Assembly (NCBI GenBank): GCA_046730015.1
Contig: JBKPHT010000012.1
Span: 1 to 44,039, forward strand
Origin: Actinomycetota bacterium
GTDB taxonomy: Bacteria; Actinomycetota; Acidimicrobiia; Acidimicrobiales; VFJN01
Direction of reading: 5' to 3'
DNA length: 44,039 nt
The notes beneath the pieces are model-generated. The model had not been told where the DNA came from, did not search any database, and worked only from the letters and a program-made list of their open reading frames with translations. Within the stretch, counting starts at the first letter, position 1; every line of letters begins with the position of its first letter. Positions 28,420-39,684 of the stretch are shown here, in pieces. Both the position numbers and the translations under genes were made by a program.

Positions 28420-29883
28420 GTGCCGACCCGACCCCTGCCCGACAACCCCGACATCGACAAGCTGAAGGGGATCGCCAAGCTCGTCCGTGACCTCGTGCGA
28501 GCGGGAAACGCCGACACCACGGCGCTCGTGCGGGAGCACCACCCGCGCGCCGGGGACGTGATCGGACCCGACTTCAAGCTGGCCGACGCCCAGCTGACGA
28601 TCGCCCGCCAGCACGGTTTCGCGAGCTGGCCGAAGCTGCGGGCGCACGTCCGGCTGATCAACGACCTCAGCCGCTCGCCCCACTTGGTCCCCATCGGCGG
28701 CGCCCCGCCGGAGGACGAGCTCCTGAAGCTGGCCTGCCTCAACTACGGCATCGACGACGGCTCCCGCCCTGCCGCCGCCCGGGCACTCCTGGCCGAGCGG
28801 CCCGAGCTCGCAGGCGCCTCGATCTGGACGGCGGCGGCGACCGGCGACGTCGCCGCCGCGAGCGCGCACCTCGCCGCCGATCCCGCGCTCGCCGACCGCG
28901 ACGGCGGGCCGTTCCGCTGGCCGCCGCTCCTGTACCTCACGTACTCCCGCCTGGATGCCGGCGACCCGCTGACGGTCGCCCGCCTCCTGCTCGATCACGG
29001 CGCCGATCCCGGCGCCGGGTACCTGTGGGAGGGGCTGACCTCGCCGTTCACCGCGCTGACCGGCGCCTACGGCGGCGGCGAGCAGGGCCAGGGCGGGCAC
29101 CCCGACGAGCTCGCCCTGGCCGAGCTCTTGCTCGCGGCCGGTGCGGACCCGAACGACAACCAGACCATCTACAACCGCGGCATCAGCGGCGCCGCCGCCG
29201 ACGACACCGGGTACCTCGAGCAGCTGCTGCGCCACGGGCTCGGGCGGGGCGACGGCGGCCCGTGGCGCGCCCGGCTCGGGCCCGCCGCGCCGACGCCCGC
29301 CGAGCTGCTGGGCGAGGCGCTCCAGGGCGCGGTCGAGAACGGCAGCGTCGAGCGGGTGCGGGTCCTCCTCGCCGGCGGCGCCGACCCCAACGGGCGGGGG
29401 CTCCACCCCGCGTTCCGCGGCCGCACCGCGATCCAGGGGGCGGTCCGCACCGGCGTCCCGGAGATCGTCGAGCTGCTCGTGGGCGGCGGCGCCGACCTCT
29501 CGACGGTCGACCCGCTGGAGGCGTTCCTCGGCCACTGCCTGACCCCCGACCGGGCGGCGGTGGCGGCAGCACGGGCGGCCGACCCGACGATCCTCGACCG
29601 GGCTCGGGAGAAGGAGCCGGGCCTCGTCGGCCGGGCTGCGGAGCTGGGCCGCACCGGGGCGTTCGCGTTCCTCGTCGAGCTCGGCTGGGACGTGAACCAC
29701 CGGGAGCGGACCACCGCGCTCCACGGGGCGGCGTGGCGCGGCGACGCCGACGCCGTCCGGGCGCTCCTCGCCCTCAGCGCCGACCCGACCATCGAGGACA
29801 CCGAGCACCACTCGACCCCGCTCGGCTGGGCCCGGTTCGGCGGCCATGACGCCGCCGCCGCGGCACTCGAGTCCGCCGGGTGA
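28420..29883 (+). CDS. Ankyrin-repeat protein with a small helical N-terminal domain
   Basis: GTG follows AGGAGG; repeats LLLDHGADP, LLAAGADPND, TALHGAAWRG...LLALSADP...TPLGWA; N-term LPDNPDIDKLK...LADAQLTIARQHGFASWPKL. Confidence 0.9.
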   Translation: MPTRPLPDNPDIDKLKGIAKLVRDLVRAGNADTTALVREHHPRAGDVIGPDFKLADAQLTIARQHGFASWPKLRAHVRLINDLSRSPHLVPIGGAPPEDELLKLACLNYGIDDGSRPAAARALLAERPELAGASIWTAAATGDVAAASAHLAADPALADRDGGPFRWPPLLYLTYSRLDAGDPLTVARLLLDHGADPGAGYLWEGLTSPFTALTGAYGGGEQGQGGHPDELALAELLLAAGADPNDNQTIYNRGISGAAADDTGYLEQLLRHGLGRGDGGPWRARLGPAAPTPAELLGEALQGAVENGSVERVRVLLAGGADPNGRGLHPAFRGRTAIQGAVRTGVPEIVELLVGGGADLSTVDPLEAFLGHCLTPDRAAVAAARAADPTILDRAREKEPGLVGRAAELGRTGAFAFLVELGWDVNHRERTTALHGAAWRGDADAVRALLALSADPTIEDTEHHSTPLGWARFGGHDAAAAALESAG

Positions 29884-29895
29884 CTTCCCCGAACC

Positions 29896-29992
29896 CGGGG
29901 CCATAGGGGTCGTTCCTCCGAGCCCGAGGCGATAGGGGTCGGGGGCCGACCGCGATCGCCTCGAGAACCGGAGTCCGACCGCTATCGCCTCG
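29896..29992. repeat. Intergenic REP-like palindromic element: two direct plus two inverted 17-mers
   Basis: CGGGGCCATAGGGGTCG (29896), CGAGGCGATAGGGGTCG (29925), CGACCGCGATCGCCTCG (29947), CGACCGCTATCGCCTCG (29976). Confidence 0.8.
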
Positions 29993-30089
29993 CCTCGCCA
30001 TCGGGACCCTCCGCGAATGCGTGTGCCCCGCGGACGGTGGCCTGCCATCATGCGCCGGCCGACCGGCACAGCGGCGACGAGGAGACGCG

Positions 30090-31034
30090 ATGTCACGACG
30101 GGGATGGGCGCTGTTCATCGCCCTGGGGGTCATCTGGGGCACCCCGTACCTGCTCATCAAGGTCGCCGTGGAGGACCTGCCGCCCGCGTCGCTGGTGCTC
30201 GCCCGCACGTCGCTGGCGACCCTGCTGCTCCTGCCGCTGGCGGCGGCGCGCGGCCTCCTGCGCCCGCTGCTCCCCCACTGGCGGCCGCTCGTCGTCTACA
30301 CGCTCGTCGAGATCTGCGCCCCCTGGGTCCTGCTCGGGTACGCCGAGCAGCACCTGTCCAGCTCGCTGACCGGGCTGCTGGTCGCGGCCGTCCCGCTGGT
30401 CGGGGCGGTCCTCGTGAAGGTCACCGGCCACGAGCCGATGGCGTCGCGCCGGGTCCTGGGGCTGCTCGTCGGGTTCGCCGGCGTGGCCCTGCTGGTGGGG
30501 TTCGACGTCGGCGCGTCCAGCCCCGGGCCCGTGGCCGCCGTGGGGCTGGTGTCGATCTGCTACGCGCTCGGCCCGCTGATCCTGGCCCGCCGCCTCGCGG
30601 ACCTGCCGGGGCTCGGGGTCGTGGCATCGTCGCTGGCCATCTCGGCGATCCTCTACCTGCCGCTCGGCCTCGCCCAGTGGCCGGCCGAGGCGCCGAGCGC
30701 CGACGCCGTGTGGTCGGTGGTGGGCCTCGCGGTCCTCTGCACGGCGGTGGCCTTCATGGTGTTCTTCGAGCTGATCGCCGAGGTCGGACCGTCACGGGCC
30801 ACGGTGATCACCTACGTCAACCCCGCCGTCGCCCTGGTGCTCGGCGCGCTGGTGCTCGACGAGCGGATCACGCTGGCCACCGCCGCGGGCTTCGCGCTGA
30901 TCCTGTTCGGCTCGGTGCTGGCCACCCAGCGGGAGCCGGCGCGCGAGCGGGCCGAGCGGGTGCCGGTCGGGGCGCGCGGCATCGACGACGTGGCGGGCGA
31001 GGACGTGGCCGCCTGCCCGGTGGCCGAGCCCTGA
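30090..31034 (+). CDS. DMT/EamA-family transporter
   Basis: IWGTPYLLIK, AEQHLSSSL, CTAVAF, GPSRATVITYVNP; about 10 TM; SD AGGAG. Confidence 0.93.
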   Translation: MSRRGWALFIALGVIWGTPYLLIKVAVEDLPPASLVLARTSLATLLLLPLAAARGLLRPLLPHWRPLVVYTLVEICAPWVLLGYAEQHLSSSLTGLLVAAVPLVGAVLVKVTGHEPMASRRVLGLLVGFAGVALLVGFDVGASSPGPVAAVGLVSICYALGPLILARRLADLPGLGVVASSLAISAILYLPLGLAQWPAEAPSADAVWSVVGLAVLCTAVAFMVFFELIAEVGPSRATVITYVNPAVALVLGALVLDERITLATAAGFALILFGSVLATQREPARERAERVPVGARGIDDVAGEDVAACPVAEP

Positions 31035-31670
31035 TCAGAGCAGCCCGCCCTCGTGGAGGCGGTTGAGGGCCTCGATGCGGTTGCGGGCCCCCAACTTGTT
31101 GAGGGCGCTCTGGACGTAGGTCTTGACGGTGTTGCGGGTCAGTCCCAGCGCCTCGGCGATCTCGGGGTTCGTCTCGCCCATCGAGATGCGCCGGAGGATG
31201 TCGTATTCGCGCCGGGTGAGCGACCACTGCCGCAGCTTGCGGGCCAGCTGCGGGTTGGGCCCGCCGGGGCCCGTGCCCTCACCGGCGGCGCCGACGGGGA
31301 TCGTCTCGCCCGCCGCCACCCGGCGGACGACGCCGACGAGGTCGGCCCGGTCGGCGTCCTTGAGCACCACCGCCCGGGCGCCGGCGGCGAGGGCGGGCTC
31401 GACCGCGGCATGGTCGGCGTACGCGGTGAAGAGGACGACCCGGGCGTCGGGTGCGCCGCGGCGGATGCCGTGGATCACCTCGGGACCGAGCATGTCGGGG
31501 AGGCGCAGGTCGAGCAGGACCACGTCGGGCTGGGTCTGCTCGGCGATGGTGATCGCCTCCCGGCCGGTGCGGGCATAGCCGGCGAGCGTGATCCACGACG
31601 TGCTGTCCACCAGGAGGCGGACGCCGTCGAGCACGATCGGGTGGTCGTCCACGACGAGGACGCTCACCAT
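31035..31670 (-). CDS. NarL/LuxR-family response regulator
   Basis: VLVVDDHP, LLDLRLPD, LTRREYDIL...GETNPEIA..LGLTRNTVKTY. Confidence 0.95.
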   Translation of the reverse strand: MVSVLVVDDHPIVLDGVRLLVDSTSWITLAGYARTGREAITIAEQTQPDVVLLDLRLPDMLGPEVIHGIRRGAPDARVVLFTAYADHAAVEPALAAGARAVVLKDADRADLVGVVRRVAAGETIPVGAAGEGTGPGGPNPQLARKLRQWSLTRREYDILRRISMGETNPEIAEALGLTRNTVKTYVQSALNKLGARNRIEALNRLHEGGLL

Positions 31671-31705
31671 GTCGCCCCGCTCGCCCGTCGGCCCACCCCC
31701 CGCAC

Positions 31706-32851
31706 TCACTCGGGCACCCACGCCTGGACGGTCACGCCGCCGTCGTCGTTCCTGCCCATGGTCAGGCGGCCCCCGACGCGGGCGAGGCGCTCGGTCGCCG
31801 CCGCGAGGCCGAGGCCGCCGCGGTCCTCCCCCGGCGGCGGTGGCCCCACACCGTCGTCGTGGACGGCGACCGCGACCCCGTAACGACCGATGAACACGCT
31901 GACCAGCACCGATGCCGCCTGGGCGTGCTTCTCGACGTTGAGCAGCGCCTCACGTACCGCGCCGGCCAGGGCGCCGCTGCGAGACGCGTGGAGCGGCGGC
32001 AGGTCGTCGAGCACCAGCAGCCGGGTGGCGACGCCCGTCCGCTCCTCGAAGCTGCGGCAGTCGGCCCGCAGCGCGACGCCGAGCGCGACCGCCTCGGGCG
32101 GCGCGTGCAGCGCGTCGAGCGACTCGCGGAACACGGCGGCCGCCTCGGCGGCCTGGCGCTCGATGGTCTCGAGCCGGGCCCGCAGGTCGGGGTGCCGGGC
32201 GAGGTCGTCGCCGAGGCTGCGGACGCCGGCGCCGATCGTGAACAGCATGGCCCCCACGGTGTCGTGGAGCTGCAGCGCCAGCCGGCGCCGCTCCTCGTGC
32301 ACCGCCACCTCCGCGCTGTGGCGGGCCCGCTCGGCCACGACGGCCGCGTTCGCCGCCCGGGCCGCGGCGGCCTCCAGCGCGGTGACGGCGAGGTCGCCGT
32401 AGTGCGTCTCGGCCCGGTCCGCGGCGTAGAGCACCCCCAGCCGGCGGCCGCCGTGCACGAGTGGCACCGCGATCATCCCCCGCACCCCCTCACGCTCGGC
32501 CTGCGAGCCGAACTGGCGGCTGAGGTCGGTCGCGTTGGGGTAGTCGGCCACCCACTCGGGTCGCCCGGTCTGCATCACGAGGCCGCCGAGCCCGACCCCG
32601 GGCGGCACGACGAGCCCGTCGACCGCGTCGGTCTTGGTCCGCACGGCGTGGCCCAGCACGATGTCGCCGGTCGAGCCCAGCTCGCCGATCCAGGCGACGT
32701 CGACGCCGACCTCGCCGGGGAGCCGGTCGAGGATGGCACGGAACGCCGTGCGCCGGTCGAGCAGGCTGAGGACCTGGGCGTACCCCTCGTCCAGCTCGAA
32801 CAGGGCGTCCGCGGGCGCCCAGGCCTTAGGGCGTCGGGCCATCCGCCGCAT
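31706..32851 (-). CDS. Cytoplasmic GAF-domain sensor histidine kinase (HisKA_3 type)
   Basis: GAF (GVGLGG...AVPL...LGVLYAA), H-box ERRRLALQLHD, EALLNVEKHA, DDGVG, GLGL; no TM. Confidence 0.92.
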   Translation of the reverse strand: MRRMARRPKAWAPADALFELDEGYAQVLSLLDRRTAFRAILDRLPGEVGVDVAWIGELGSTGDIVLGHAVRTKTDAVDGLVVPPGVGLGGLVMQTGRPEWVADYPNATDLSRQFGSQAEREGVRGMIAVPLVHGGRRLGVLYAADRAETHYGDLAVTALEAAAARAANAAVVAERARHSAEVAVHEERRRLALQLHDTVGAMLFTIGAGVRSLGDDLARHPDLRARLETIERQAAEAAAVFRESLDALHAPPEAVALGVALRADCRSFEERTGVATRLLVLDDLPPLHASRSGALAGAVREALLNVEKHAQAASVLVSVFIGRYGVAVAVHDDGVGPPPPGEDRGGLGLAAATERLARVGGRLTMGRNDDGGVTVQAWVPE

Positions 32852-32935
32852 GTTAAGCCCGGTCCGATGGTCCCATGCCCTGCATGGTGCGCCATCGCGC
32901 CCGGCGTGACCACCTGCCGTCGACCGTCTCCATCC

Positions 32936-32988
32936 GGAGACCCTCCGGAGGGAGGTCTCCACCGGCAGCTACCGTGACCGCAGTCACT
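32936..32988. promoter_or_regulatory. Palindromic operator-like sites in the divergent kinase/ABC promoter
   Basis: GGAGACC...GGTCTCC arms around the perfect palindrome CCCTCCGGAGGG (32941-32952); CRP-like CGTGA-N6-TCACT at 32973-32988. Confidence 0.4.
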
Positions 32989-33005
32989 TCCGCATCCTGC
33001 CCGGC

Positions 33006-33805
<800 letters not shown>

Positions 33806-33809
<4 letters not shown>

Positions 33810-34630
33810 CCGCGGCGACCGGGACGAACGGCGCCGGCGGGACCGGCCTGGCGATCGACGGGGTGACCGTGCGCTTCGCCGGGGTCACGGCCCTCGACGG
33901 GGCGACGCTCCGGGTCGGGCCGGCCTCGATCCACGCGCTGATCGGCCCCAACGGGGCCGGCAAATCGACGATGTTCAACGTCGTGTCCGGGGTGTACCGG
34001 CCCGACCGGGGGTCGGTGCGGTTCGCCGGCCACGAGCTGGTCGGGCGCCGGCCCTGCGAGATCGCGGGCCTGGGCGTGGCCCGGGCGTTCCAGAACATGG
34101 CGCTGTACCCCCAGTCCAGCGTCGAGGAGAACCTGCTGCTCGGCCGCCACCACCTGACCCGCTCGGGCTTCGTGGCGGGCGGGCTGCGGCTCCCGTCGGC
34201 CCGGCGCGAGGAGCGCCGTCACCGGGCCCGGGTGGCGGAGATCGCCGAGTTCCTCGGCATCGCCCGCCTGCTGCCGGTGCCGGCCGGCGACCTCTCCCAC
34301 GGCGACCAGAAGAAGGTCGACATCGCCCGGGCGCTGTGCGTCGAGCCCTCGCTCCTGCTGCTCGACGAGCCGGTCGCCGGCATGGGCGCCCAGGAGACCC
34401 ACGAGGTGGGCCGGCTCATCCGCGACATCCGGGCGGCGATGGAGATCCCCGTCCTGCTCGTCGAGCACGACATGGCGCTCGTGATGGAGATCGCCGACCG
34501 GGTCACCGTCCTCGACTTCGGCCGCGTGATCGCGGACGGCACGCCGCTCCAGGTGCAGCACGATCCGGCCGTCATCCGGGCGTACCTCGGGAGTGGCGAC
34601 GAGGACCAGGCCCCGATCGGAGGGCGATGA
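33806..34630 (+). CDS. Liv-type ABC transporter ATP-binding protein (LivG-like)
   Basis: GPNGAGKS, LLLDEPVAG, VEHDM, VIRAYLG; ATGA overlap. Confidence 0.95.
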
Positions 34631-35523
34631 TGGAGAAGCTCCTGCAGCTGCTGTTCAGCGGGGTGGCGCTCGGGGCGGTGTACGCCCTGCTCGCACTCGG
34701 GTTCGTGGTGGTCTTCAAGGCGACCCAGGTCGTCAACTTCGCGCACGCCGGGCTGCTCATGGTGGGCACGTACTGCACGGCACGGTTCAGCGCCGCGGGC
34801 CGCCCGTTCGTCGTGGCGGTGCTGCTCGGCATCGCCGTGGCCGTGGCCCTGGCGCTGGTCATCGAGCGGGCGTTCGTGCGCCCGGTGGTGCGGCGCTCGG
34901 TCGTCGCCGTCGCGATCATGACCATCGGCGTCGACGTGGTGCTGCAGACCGAGATCACCCGGCGCCTCGGCATCGACATCCTGCCGGTGGGCGATCCGTG
35001 GCAGAGCTCGACGGTCGAGGTCCTCGGCATCACCGTGCCCCAGACCCGGGTCGCGGCCCTCGTCGTGGCGCTCGTCGTGCTCGCCGGCTTCTTCGCCTGG
35101 TCGCGCTGGTCCGACTGGGGGGTCGCCATGCGGGCGAGCGCCGAGGACCACCGCACCGCCGAGCTGATGGGCGTGCGGCTCGGGCGGGTCTCCGCGATGG
35201 TCTGGGTGATCGCCGCCGTCCTGGCCGTGGTGGCCGGAGTGTTCCTCGGTGCGTTCCCCTCCCCCGGCGTGTCGCCGACCACCTCCGCCGCCGCGCTGCG
35301 GGCCTTCCCGGCCGCCATCCTCGGCGGCCTCGACTCCACGGGCGGCGCCCTGGTGGGCGGCCTGCTGATCGGCCTCGCCGAGACGCTGACGCAGGGCTAC
35401 CAGGACCAGCTCTCGTTCCTCGGGCAGGGCTTCTCGACCGTCATGCCCTACGTGGTGATGGTCGCCGTCCTGCTTGTGCGGCCCACGGGCCTGTTCGGCA
35501 CGGCGGAGGCGACCCGTGTCTGA
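34627..35523 (+). CDS. Liv-type ABC transporter permease (LivH-like)
   Basis: GAVYALLALG...VVNFAH, G.AMRA, AAILGG, RPTGLFG; ATGA overlap. Confidence 0.95.
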   Translation: MMEKLLQLLFSGVALGAVYALLALGFVVVFKATQVVNFAHAGLLMVGTYCTARFSAAGRPFVVAVLLGIAVAVALALVIERAFVRPVVRRSVVAVAIMTIGVDVVLQTEITRRLGIDILPVGDPWQSSTVEVLGITVPQTRVAALVVALVVLAGFFAWSRWSDWGVAMRASAEDHRTAELMGVRLGRVSAMVWVIAAVLAVVAGVFLGAFPSPGVSPTTSAAALRAFPAAILGGLDSTGGALVGGLLIGLAETLTQGYQDQLSFLGQGFSTVMPYVVMVAVLLVRPTGLFGTAEATRV

Positions 35524-36694
35524 CACCGTGCGCCGGATCCCGGACGGCGGGCAGGCCGCCTTCCTCGGCCTGCTCGCCGCCGGTCTCGTCGCCCCCTTCT
35601 ACCTCGACGCCTTCTGGGTGCAGGTCGGGGTGTTCGCCTTCGCCGCCATGGTGGCCGCCCTCGGACTGAACCTGCTGGTGGGCGAGGGGGGCCAGCTGTC
35701 GCTGGCCCACTCGTTCTTCATCGCCGTCGGCGCCTACGGCTACACGCTGTTCGCCTCCCCGCCGCGGGAGGCCGGGACGACCGGCCCCATCGGCTGGGGC
35801 CTGCCGCCGCTCGTCGCGGTGGCGCTGGCCGTCGCCGCCGCGGGCGTGGCGGGGCTGCTGTTCAGCCCGATCGCCGCCCGCCTCCGGGGCATCTACCTCG
35901 GGGTGGCCTCGCTCGGGCTCGTGTTCTTCGGCCAGCACGTGCTGGTCAACGCCGAGGCGGTCACCGGCGGCTTCAACGGCCGCGACGTCCCCCCGCTCAC
36001 GGTCGCCGGGTTCAGCTTCGACGACGTGCCGGGCGAGACCCTCCACGTCCTCGGCGTGCCGTTCACCCGGGTGGAGAAGCTCTGGTACGTCGGGCTGGTC
36101 GCCGCGGTGCTGGCGTGGCTCTTCTACCGCAACGTGCGCACCAGCCGGGTCGGCCGGGCGCTGCACGCGGTGCGCGACGGCGAGACCGCCGCCTCGGTGA
36201 TGGGCGTCGACGTCACCCGGTTCAAGGGCGTCGCCTTCCTCGTGTCGTCGATGCTCGCCGGCCTGGGCGGCGTGCTGCTGGCGCTGGCGTTCCGCCACCT
36301 CGTGCCCGAGACCTTCGGCGTGCTGCTGGCAATCGAGTACCTCGCGATGATCGTCATCGGCGGCGTCGGCTCCCCCGGCGGCACACTCGCCGGTGCGCTG
36401 TTCGTCTCGTCCCTGCCGGTCGTCCTGCAGCGCTACAGCGACTCGCTGCCGTTCGTGGCCGAGTCGCCTACCGGCGGCGGCGTGACCGCCGGCATCGCCG
36501 CCCGCTTCTGCTACGGCGCCGCCATCGTCGTGGTCCTGCTGGTCGAGCCGGGAGGTCTCGCCGCGCTCGCCCGGCGCGCCCGGCTGCGCCCCGCCGGCCG
36601 GACGCGCCGACCGGCGGTTCGGCCCGCCGGCGTCGACATCGGCGACACCGTCGACGTCGGCGAGGACGTCGCCCCCGCCACACCCGGCCCCTGA
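35516..36694 (+). CDS. Liv-type ABC transporter permease (LivM-like)
   Basis: GLNLLVG..GQLSLAH, RLRGIYL, GRALHAVRD.E.AA..MG, MIVIGG.GS. Confidence 0.95.
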   Translation: MSDTVRRIPDGGQAAFLGLLAAGLVAPFYLDAFWVQVGVFAFAAMVAALGLNLLVGEGGQLSLAHSFFIAVGAYGYTLFASPPREAGTTGPIGWGLPPLVAVALAVAAAGVAGLLFSPIAARLRGIYLGVASLGLVFFGQHVLVNAEAVTGGFNGRDVPPLTVAGFSFDDVPGETLHVLGVPFTRVEKLWYVGLVAAVLAWLFYRNVRTSRVGRALHAVRDGETAASVMGVDVTRFKGVAFLVSSMLAGLGGVLLALAFRHLVPETFGVLLAIEYLAMIVIGGVGSPGGTLAGALFVSSLPVVLQRYSDSLPFVAESPTGGGVTAGIAARFCYGAAIVVVLLVEPGGLAALARRARLRPAGRTRRPAVRPAGVDIGDTVDVGEDVAPATPGP

Positions 36695-36727
36695 GGCCGG
36701 CCCACCGATCTCCTGAGGAGGGGACCC

Positions 36728-38005
36728 ATGTCCAGACCATCCATCCGGCGCCGCCTGCTCGTGTGGGCGACGGCCACCGTGATCGCGGCCGGCGCCGCGT
36801 GCTCGACCAAGGACGACGACGACGCCACGGGCTCGGCCGCCGAGACCGGCGCCGGGGCGCTCGAGACCGGGCCCGGTGTCACCGAGGACACCATCACGCT
36901 CGGCGTGCTGACCGACCAGTCCGGCCCCTTCGCCGGAGCGTCCAAGGGCATCGCCCAGGGACGCCAGCTCTTCTGGGACGCCCGCAACGCCGAGGGCGGC
37001 GTCTGCGATCGCACCGTCGAGTTCACCGTCACCGACCATGCCTACAACGCCCAGAACGCCACCACCCAGTACGCGGACATGCAGCCCGACGTGCTCGCCT
37101 TCGACGAGCTGCTCGGCTCGCCCATGATCGACGCGCTGCGGCCCACCATCGACCAGGACAACGTCCTCACGATGGCCGTGTCGTTCTCGTCGTCGGTGCT
37201 CGAGAGCCCGAGCATGGTGGTCACCGGCGCCACCTACGACATCGAGATGATCAACGCCCTCCAGTGGCTGATGGACGACGGCCAGATCGCCGAGGGCGAC
37301 ACGGTCGGCCACATCCACCTCGAGGGCGACTACGGCGAGAACGCCCTCGCCGGGGCGCAGTACGCCGCCGACGAGCTCGGCGTGGAGATCGCCGCGCAGA
37401 AGGTCCAGCCCACCGACGCCGACCTCACCGCCGCGGTGACCGCGCTCGACGACGCCGGCGCCCGCGTCGTGCTGCTGACCACCACGCCGCCCCAGGCCGC
37501 CTCGGCGGTCGCTGTGGCCCAGGCCAACGGCCTCGATATGAGCTTCGTCGGCTCGAACCCCACCTTCAGCCCGGCGCTGCTGTCCAGCCCCGCGGCCGAG
37601 GCGTTGCAGGCGTCGTACGTGATGGTGTCGTCCATCGCCCCCTTCGCCAGCGACGCCGCGGGGCCCACCGCGGTGCGGGACGCGTTCGCCGCCGAGTTCG
37701 CGGGCGAGACGCCGACCCACTTCGTGATGTACGGCTTCGCCCAGGGCGAGCTGATGGCCCGGATCCTCGAGACGGCCTGCGAGAACGGCGCGCTCACCCG
37801 CGAGGGCCTGCAGGAGGCCTTTGAGAGCCTGGACGAGGTCGACACCCGGGGCCTCATGGCCCCGATGGACTTCAGCGACCCGGGCCAGCCGCCGGCCCGC
37901 GAGGTCCTCATCCTGAAGCCCGACGCCACCGTCGACGGCGGGCTGACCGAGGTCGAGGGCCTGTTCGCCTCGCCGCTGGCCGCCGACTTCCGGCTCGCCG
38001 GCTGA
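36728..38005 (+). CDS. ABC substrate-binding lipoprotein (Liv/type 1 fold)
   Basis: Lipobox-like AGAAC, GPGVTEDTITLG.LTD.SGP, N.EGGVC.R; SD GAGGAGG. Confidence 0.92.
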   Translation: MSRPSIRRRLLVWATATVIAAGAACSTKDDDDATGSAAETGAGALETGPGVTEDTITLGVLTDQSGPFAGASKGIAQGRQLFWDARNAEGGVCDRTVEFTVTDHAYNAQNATTQYADMQPDVLAFDELLGSPMIDALRPTIDQDNVLTMAVSFSSSVLESPSMVVTGATYDIEMINALQWLMDDGQIAEGDTVGHIHLEGDYGENALAGAQYAADELGVEIAAQKVQPTDADLTAAVTALDDAGARVVLLTTTPPQAASAVAVAQANGLDMSFVGSNPTFSPALLSSPAAEALQASYVMVSSIAPFASDAAGPTAVRDAFAAEFAGETPTHFVMYGFAQGELMARILETACENGALTREGLQEAFESLDEVDTRGLMAPMDFSDPGQPPAREVLILKPDATVDGGLTEVEGLFASPLAADFRLAG

Positions 38006-38019
38006 CCGGAGGAGGGGCC

Positions 38020-39680
<1,661 letters not shown>

Positions 39681-39684
<4 letters not shown>

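Noticed and set aside
29896-29992. Possible mini-CRISPR array
   Set aside because: Units are 17 bp with 12-bp spacers and switch orientation; no cas genes.
26524-30096. 1190-aa minus-strand ORF, plus other long antisense ORFs such as 35441-37720, 39225-41387 and 38203-39756
   Set aside because: Shadow frames of well-supported plus-strand genes in very high-GC DNA; no recognisable motifs.
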